Shown here: piece after piece, positions 58,777 through 64,000 of the stretch
Layout: each line of letters starts with the position of its first letter
Position numbering within the stretch: position 1 is the stretch's first letter
Virus record (IMG/VR): IMGVR_UViG_3300032053_018320
Source: an uncultured virus (IMG/VR IMGVR_UViG_3300032053_018320)
Taxonomy: Duplodnaviria > Heunggongvirae > Uroviricota > Caudoviricetes
Direction: 5' to 3' (one strand)
DNA: 64,000 bases
The notes under the pieces: generated by a model
Told to the model about the DNA's origin: nothing
Databases searched by the model: none
What the model saw: only the letters and a program-made list of their open reading frames with translations
Made by a program: the position numbers and the translations under genes

Positions 58777-59007
58777 TTAGTAGTCTTCTTGTTCCCAACG
58801 ATCGATCAATTTTTCGACTAACTTCACGATGTCATCATCTGTGTCGATCGTTTTCTTGTTTAAATACCACTGTATTTCGTTAAAATGTCCAAGATGTTCC
58901 ATAAGCAATGACTTGAGTCTGCTGAATAGGCTTTCTTGCTGTTTGCCCATCAACATATCAGTGATATCTTGAGGTATTTCTTTCGGAGTTAGTTTTTTTG
59001 CCGTCAT
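58777..59007 (-). CDS. hypothetical protein
   Basis: packed ORF. Confidence 0.5.
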   Translation of the reverse strand: MTAKKLTPKEIPQDITDMLMGKQQESLFSRLKSLLMEHLGHFNEIQWYLNKKTIDTDDDIVKLVEKLIDRWEQEDY

Positions 59008-59010
59008 GAA

Positions 59011-59412
59011 TCACAACCGTGCTGATGTTGCTTGTTTCTCTGTAACCCAATTCCATAATCCCATACCACCCTTGACTGAAATTGGCTCTGGTAATGGTCG
59101 AACATTCTCCAAGATGAATCCATACCGACCTACTGAATAATCGCCATACTCGTCTGGTGCTCTGAATGATGCCGTGAATTGAATACAATCAACAAGATCG
59201 ACGATGCAAAGGATCACTCCACGTTCGATGGTCGATGGATCGTATCCAAAGTGAATGCACGCATCTTTATCGACAGTCCTACCAGCGTGAATTGCAAGTC
59301 GACCCCTATATTTTGTATACCATGATCGTGTTTCAATCGGCTTTCGTCGATCATGAATGAGTGAAGCCCATGGCTGATATAGGGTTAATGCTTTCATCGT
59401 TTCTGGTGTCAT
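59011..59412 (-). CDS. ASCH domain protein
   Basis: KALTLYQPWASLI...K.IETRSW.T.YRG.LAIHAG. Confidence 0.9.
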   Translation of the reverse strand: MTPETMKALTLYQPWASLIHDRRKPIETRSWYTKYRGRLAIHAGRTVDKDACIHFGYDPSTIERGVILCIVDLVDCIQFTASFRAPDEYGDYSVGRYGFILENVRPLPEPISVKGGMGLWNWVTEKQATSARL

Positions 59413-59430
59413 ACTTGTTCACATAGACTA

Positions 59431-59586
59431 TTACGTTGTTTTCTTGATTGGTGTTATTTTACCACCATTTTTTTGAACTACTCGTTCACACGATTTGCAT
59501 AAATATCCTTTCAACGATTGACCGTGTTCCGTCCATATCACGTTAACTGGATTCGCTGCGTTTCCACATCTCGTGCATTTAGTCAT
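59431..59586 (-). CDS. 51-aa Zn-finger protein (below the ORF-track cutoff)
   Basis: manual translation MTKCTRCGNAANPVNVIWTEHGQSLKGYLCKSC... Confidence 0.65.
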   Translation of the reverse strand: MTKCTRCGNAANPVNVIWTEHGQSLKGYLCKSCERVVQKNGGKITPIKKTT

Positions 59587-59710
59587 CGTTTTTGCCGCTC
59601 TGGATGTTTTTCACGATCGTGCTTTGCCATACTCTCCATTGAATAACAACTATACCCATCATCAGTGCATACGAAGGCACCAGATGTTGCGTCCCAATTT
59701 GCTCTTTGTC

Positions 59711-59986
59711 TCATGATATGTCAACATCTCCCGTGATGATCCATTGCATACGTTTATCATCACGTTCGATTTTCATTATCTTGAATGGATGATAACTCTG
59801 GGCTTCAAAATATCTCGATAAACATTCTGATTCATTGATCGGAAGGTTGATTATCACTTCGGCTATATCTCCTTCTTCTATCCAGTGTCCCTTACCATCT
59901 GGATGTGTTCTCACTTCATAACAACCGATGTATGCTCGTGGAAATCCGATGGATTCGATGATCGTTGCTATTTTTTCGGTATCCAT
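59711..59986 (-). CDS. hypothetical protein
   Basis: packed ORF. Confidence 0.5.
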   Translation of the reverse strand: MDTEKIATIIESIGFPRAYIGCYEVRTHPDGKGHWIEEGDIAEVIINLPINESECLSRYFEAQSYHPFKIMKIERDDKRMQWIITGDVDIS

Positions 59987-60125
59987 TTAATCAACCTTGT
60001 TAGATTATTGGCGGATGCCGGACAGTTGCCTGTCCATTTCTTGCTTATCATCCAGTGGCATACGCGCGCTATCCACGTTGTCTTGGGCTTGTTTATCCAT
60101 ACGGATGGTCTCCATTGTTGTTTAT

Positions 60126-60335
60126 TCAGTCAGTCGTCATCAATTTGATGATTTCATCGATGATGTCTTGTTCAACGAATGTCCCGCAGTCAACACAAAA
60201 ATAATCTCGCTCTGCTGGATTTCTCGTCATTGTGTTGATGAACACGTTTTTACCACAGCCGGAACATATCACACTAAATGTCTTTTGAATACTTCCATCC
60301 GCGAATTCTGCTCGTTCGACTTTTATTCGTTCCAT
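60126..60335 (-). CDS. small Zn-ribbon protein
   Basis: CSGC...CVDC; GGTGA RBS. Confidence 0.6.
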   Translation of the reverse strand: MERIKVERAEFADGSIQKTFSVICSGCGKNVFINTMTRNPAERDYFCVDCGTFVEQDIIDEIIKLMTTD

Positions 60336-60345
60336 GAATGTTCAC

Positions 60346-60729
60346 CTACATATCAACCGTGAAATACGGCATTCCAGCAGGTAATATATTCCACATCTCA
60401 CGTGGAAATCCAAAGTTAACTTTACCAATGGCGATGCCGAGTGCAAGGAGTTGTTCAATGTTCGAATGTTCACCCCATTGTACGCCATCCTTATCGTCAC
60501 AAGCGTTGATGAACGACCATCCACCGCCAACACTCCGTTTGAATTGCGGTGGTAACCCGTCGAGCATCTCGATGATATCGTTCTTGTGTTCTTCTATCTT
60601 GGTGCTATCAAAAACAAAGGTATTGATGACCACTTGAACTTCAAGGTCGCCATATTCAGACACACATTTTTCAATGATGTCTCTAACGTTATCAGCTGTC
60701 AGTTTCATCGCTGTGTTCACCATCTTCAT
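60346..60729 (-). CDS. phage-type hypothetical protein
   Basis: GGGWSFINAC..K.G.QW..H...EQL..LG...R.MW..LP.GMPY. Confidence 0.65.
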   Translation of the reverse strand: MKMVNTAMKLTADNVRDIIEKCVSEYGDLEVQVVINTFVFDSTKIEEHKNDIIEMLDGLPPQFKRSVGGGWSFINACDDKDGVQWGEHSNIEQLLALGIAIGKVNFGFPREMWNILPAGMPYFTVDM

Positions 60730-61126
60730 TTGGTCGTTCGTCGTTATTGCCTTGCTTCAATATGATGTTTCCACTCTCGACACCACTCATGAGTGTCTTC
60801 ATGAATGATACATTCGCCTTTCGTGATTCTTCAACGCCAGTCCAAAAATCATTCTCGAATCTCGCACCTTCGTTGAGTGCCTTCCTAATTTTATCTATGA
60901 GTGAAAATATTTTGCTCAGTTTATCTGGATTGATGTAAACACCATTGAGCCACGACATATTTTCGGATGTGAAATCTTCTGCCTTGTAGAGTATGGTTTC
61001 AAGTTCGTTGATTAATGTTGGATCGACATTTCGAAACTTTGGCGTTGTTGGTTCGTGTTCCATCAAGTTCAAGACTGCATTGGCACCATCCGATAGTTTA
61101 CATTTGTTTGTCTCCATCATTCTCAC
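60692..61126 (-). CDS. hypothetical protein
   Basis: coupled ORF. Confidence 0.5.
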   Translation of the reverse strand: MRMMETNKCKLSDGANAVLNLMEHEPTTPKFRNVDPTLINELETILYKAEDFTSENMSWLNGVYINPDKLSKIFSLIDKIRKALNEGARFENDFWTGVEESRKANVSFMKTLMSGVESGNIILKQGNNDERPNEDGEHSDETDS

Positions 61127-61599
61127 GCTATTCTGGTCAATTTTCGTTTGATCTCGTCGATTTTTCGCTTAGATTCGTTCGTGATTAGCGTATGAATCGC
61201 ATCTTCAACATCGATGAAATACTGATCGATCAGTTGCTTGACTCGTTCAATATAGTCGTTGAATATGTCTTGCTTGATTTCACTAACTTCATACCCAAGA
61301 ACGTGATCCTTCGAGAGTATGATGAATTTAAATTTATCGAGATCGCTAACTTCGCTGATATAAATTTCAACTGGACTATTAGCAACGATACCGTGTGTCG
61401 TTTGTGCATATACATAAAATGACCGAATTGTTGGTAATTCTATATCGAGACCCAACGGCTGAATTTCTGCTACAAATTTTCGTTGTCGTTCGACATATCG
61501 CTTGGTTAACGAACGAAGCAACTCGCCACATTCGTTCATCCTGTTTTCGATGATCTGATCATATTGAGTTTCAAGTTCGTTCAATTCTTCTACGCTCAT
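61123..61599 (-). CDS. hypothetical protein
   Basis: coupled ORF. Confidence 0.5.
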   Translation of the reverse strand: MSVEELNELETQYDQIIENRMNECGELLRSLTKRYVERQRKFVAEIQPLGLDIELPTIRSFYVYAQTTHGIVANSPVEIYISEVSDLDKFKFIILSKDHVLGYEVSEIKQDIFNDYIERVKQLIDQYFIDVEDAIHTLITNESKRKIDEIKRKLTRIA

Positions 61600-61679
61600 T
61601 GTGTTTCACTTCACACCCTTTAATCTGAACTTAGCAAATTCAATCGATCTGGTTTGTTTTTTCAACATCATTCTTACCT

Positions 61680-62081
61680 TCATTCGTGAAAATATCCAAC
61701 ATCTATGTCCTTGATGATATCCATCGTATCAGTCATTTCATGGAGATACGCATACAAATAATCGAGATGACTCAACAGTTTCCAACTATATTTTACATCT
61801 GGTCGTAGTCGTGGTGATACATCAAGTACGCGAGTATCGCTTTTCGCGAGCATCTTGAGTGCTTCAGCAATCCGGTATCCACCTTTTATGCCGAAGTTAT
61901 TGACTTCCGTGAACCTGAAATCCTTGATAGGACTACACGGATCATTAAAATGCTTGGTCTCCAACCATTCGTTGAATTCAACAACTTCATCGTTTGTCAA
62001 TTCAATGGTTGCTGACTTGATGAGTATGCTCATTCTCATTGTGTGATTCACGATATGATTCGTTTTGTTGTTTATATTCAT
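61680..62081 (-). CDS. hypothetical protein
   Basis: packed ORF; start uncertain. Confidence 0.45.
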   Translation of the reverse strand: MNINNKTNHIVNHTMRMSILIKSATIELTNDEVVEFNEWLETKHFNDPCSPIKDFRFTEVNNFGIKGGYRIAEALKMLAKSDTRVLDVSPRLRPDVKYSWKLLSHLDYLYAYLHEMTDTMDIIKDIDVGYFHE

Positions 62082-62607
62082 CGCTTGATAAAACAGTTTC
62101 TATCAATTTTTTGACTTCATCAAGATGGTCTTTTATTTCACTGATAAAATGTTCCTGCGTTCGTGGAATTAATGTATAGAGTTTTTCAGACCATCCAGCA
62201 ACATATGACACCAGCGTGAACGCCGTTTCCAAATCCATAGATGCACCATCACGAGGCACGATGATATATGTATCATCGAGTGTTTTCGCCATCACGAGTC
62301 GTCCTTGCTGAACCATCGCTGGAATATCATTCCACTTAGTGAACGGTTCGAAACCCGATCCACCACAATGATCACACTTCACGACATCTTGATGCTCGAT
62401 TATATCGTATAACATACCGGACGATCCGACTCTCGCCAAGATACCGTTATCACAGCGAACTTCTTCTATGCCGCCATGATTATTGTCTCGATATTCGACG
62501 AACTTGCACGGCTCACGATGGAGAACCAGACCAGCGTCAACGACTTTTTCAAATGAGTCGTGAACTGCCTTAGCAAGTGTTTCTATGTTCATTTTACCAC
62601 GGTCCAC
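62002..62607 (-). CDS. hypothetical protein with DnaJ-like CxxCxGxG fragments
   Basis: CDNG...CDHCGGSG. Confidence 0.5.
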   Translation of the reverse strand: MDRGKMNIETLAKAVHDSFEKVVDAGLVLHREPCKFVEYRDNNHGGIEEVRCDNGILARVGSSGMLYDIIEHQDVVKCDHCGGSGFEPFTKWNDIPAMVQQGRLVMAKTLDDTYIIVPRDGASMDLETAFTLVSYVAGWSEKLYTLIPRTQEHFISEIKDHLDEVKKLIETVLSSDEYKQQNESYRESHNENEHTHQVSNH

Positions 62608-62836
62608 CCAATTCTTCGCTTATTTTTTCTGGTGAGCATCCAAGAAAACTATTTTCGTGCTCCAGCACTTTAATGTGATCTTCTAACGGTTTTAACGCGT
62701 GTTCTTGAACATACCGTGCTTGTTGACGGTAATACTCATGAACATCATCGTCTAGTTGATCCCACGGTAGAAATATCCCACTCGATTCATCACCTTGGGA
62801 CTTTCGTAGTAATCGTGCCAATTCTTCAATGTCCAT
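62594..62836 (-). CDS. hypothetical protein
   Basis: MDIEELAR...PWDQL...YY..QA resembles the N-terminus and W-containing motif of the neighbouring gene. Confidence 0.5.
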   Translation of the reverse strand: MDIEELARLLRKSQGDESSGIFLPWDQLDDDVHEYYRQQARYVQEHALKPLEDHIKVLEHENSFLGCSPEKISEELGGPW

Positions 62837-63188
62837 GACGTTTCACCCGTAAATATGGCGTTATTTTTTCGATCAACAATTCATCGAGAACTGGATCACC
62901 GTAACGATACTTGTCTTCAATACCAAGAACGATGATCTTATCAGATGTAAATCCTATCAATTTTTCAAGTCGATCCTTCATATATTGTTCCATGACAAAG
63001 ATCAAATCATTTTCTTTAACTTTTTTCTGTAAAGAAATCGTTACATAATCTGGTGCTTGCTGTGCTGTATATTCATGAAATGAGTAACTGCCGATACCCA
63101 TGAAGGATGTTTGATGCTTGTCGGCAAATATCTCGGCGGCTCGTTTGCTACGAATCGCTCCAGCAAGACAGATGAATAATACTTTCAA
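62826..63188 (-). CDS. low-molecular-weight protein tyrosine phosphatase
   Basis: VLFIC-LAGAI-RS (CX5R), DLIFVME, LGIED.Y. Confidence 0.85.
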   Translation of the reverse strand: MKVLFICLAGAIRSKRAAEIFADKHQTSFMGIGSYSFHEYTAQQAPDYVTISLQKKVKENDLIFVMEQYMKDRLEKLIGFTSDKIIVLGIEDKYRYGDPVLDELLIEKITPYLRVKRHGH

Positions 63189-63553
63189 CTATTATCACCT
63201 ACAAGCGGTTTTCCAAAATATTCTTCGTAGTGTCGTCGAATCAATCCTAAGTTACCCATTCCAAGTCCTACTGCCTTGATCACGAGATACTTTGTTTGTT
63301 TCTTGACATCAGTGAGTTCTTTTCGTGGTCCAAACGAAATTACAAAAGCGTCATCGTTGTCTTCACACGGCGTTATTGACATTCCATCGGACGAATATAT
63401 ACCAGATTGTTTCGATGCATAAATTCGTTTGATCTGATCCATCAATTTTACCTCTTGTTCGTGAAGATCACTCAATGTAAATAATACTTTGCGTTGTTCT
63501 GGTGTCGCTTGTTCCACGAATGATTCAAGATCGCTCATGTTAATTACTCTCAT
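63185..63553 (-). CDS. hypothetical protein
   Basis: coupled ORF. Confidence 0.5.
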   Translation of the reverse strand: MRVINMSDLESFVEQATPEQRKVLFTLSDLHEQEVKLMDQIKRIYASKQSGIYSSDGMSITPCEDNDDAFVISFGPRKELTDVKKQTKYLVIKAVGLGMGNLGLIRRHYEEYFGKPLVGDNS

Positions 63554-63767
63554 TGTTCTTTTCTAGTTTATCGATTCGTTCTTCGAGTTCTCGTATTTTC
63601 TCGTTGGTCGAGTCGTGAGTATCATTGCGAATCATCAAGACGACCAGGTATGCAAATAAAACTGCTGGATAGACGATAAAATAGCCTGGTAGTGTGCCGA
63701 GCAGTGCTAATCCGAGAATATTGATCATGATCAGACCAACAACATCTAATTTACTCGCAGCACCCAT
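63540..63767 (-). CDS. small two-TM protein
   Basis: two hydrophobic segments plus a coiled-coil tail. Confidence 0.55.
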   Translation of the reverse strand: MGAASKLDVVGLIMINILGLALLGTLPGYFIVYPAVLFAYLVVLMIRNDTHDSTNEKIRELEERIDKLEKNNESN

Positions 63768-63770
63768 TTT

Positions 63771-64000
63771 TTATTCACTTCCACCATATGTTCCGATGAA
63801 TGCCTTGATCATACCGAAGATTGCTGGTGAACGATGTTCAAGATCAGCCAATCCTTCACCAATGTTAGAAAAAAACACGATCGTCATTCCTTGTGCGATC
63901 ATTCGTCGTATCTCTGAAAATGCTCGTCTGACAGCATATATTTCATCGTCACGATCGGCAAAGAAACTGCTTTCATCATTATCTGGTTTTCGCTTGGTTG
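63771..64000 (-). CDS. partial ORF, possibly a macrodomain-like phage protein
   Basis: manual translation TKRKP....FF.D...IVF..NIGEGLADL...SP.IF resembles the macrodomain IGxG loop. Confidence 0.45.
   Translation of the reverse strand, partial: TKRKPDNDESSFFADRDDEIYAVRRAFSEIRRMIAQGMTIVFFSNIGEGLADLEHRSPAIFGMIKAFIGTYGGSE

Overview
This 64-kb window looks like part of the genome of a large dsDNA virus (or virus-like element) of an anaerobic archaeon; an Asgard/Lokiarchaeia host is plausible but inferred. Support: dense, mostly minus-strand genes; archaeal TATA-type promoters, GGTGA ribosome-binding sites and oligo-T terminators; archaeal-type replication genes; no ribosomal or other cellular housekeeping genes. 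No virion structural genes are recognisable in the window. Replication and nucleotide genes: PriS-PriL fusion primase, PolB, a divergent PCNA-like clamp, FEN1, a Sak4/AAA_24-like ATPase, a putative OB-fold SSB, a Cas4-like nuclease, class III RNR (NrdD, NrdG, an NrdH-like redoxin) and thymidylate synthase. DNA modification genes: a complete 7-deazaguanine pathway (folE, queD, queE, queC-like, TGT/DpdA-like) with a fused nuclease-methyltransferase inside it, plus three stand-alone methyltransferases. There are two tRNA-Ile genes, one with UAU anticodon and a BHB-type intron. Accessory genes include a Tad1-like sponge, a longin-like protein, a LigD phosphoesterase, ASCH, LMW-PTP, GGCT, a ferritin-like protein, and HNH and GIY-YIG nucleases. 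The most notable unexplained signal is a shared C-terminal peptide, roughly Q-x-h-[ST]-h-small-[RK]-L-stop. It ends PolB and FEN1 (classical clamp clients) and also the TGT/DpdA, the Dam- and Dcm-type methyltransferases and the ASCH protein, suggesting a virus-specific clamp-docking code that couples DNA modification to replication. All calls come from reading motifs by eye; no database searches were run.
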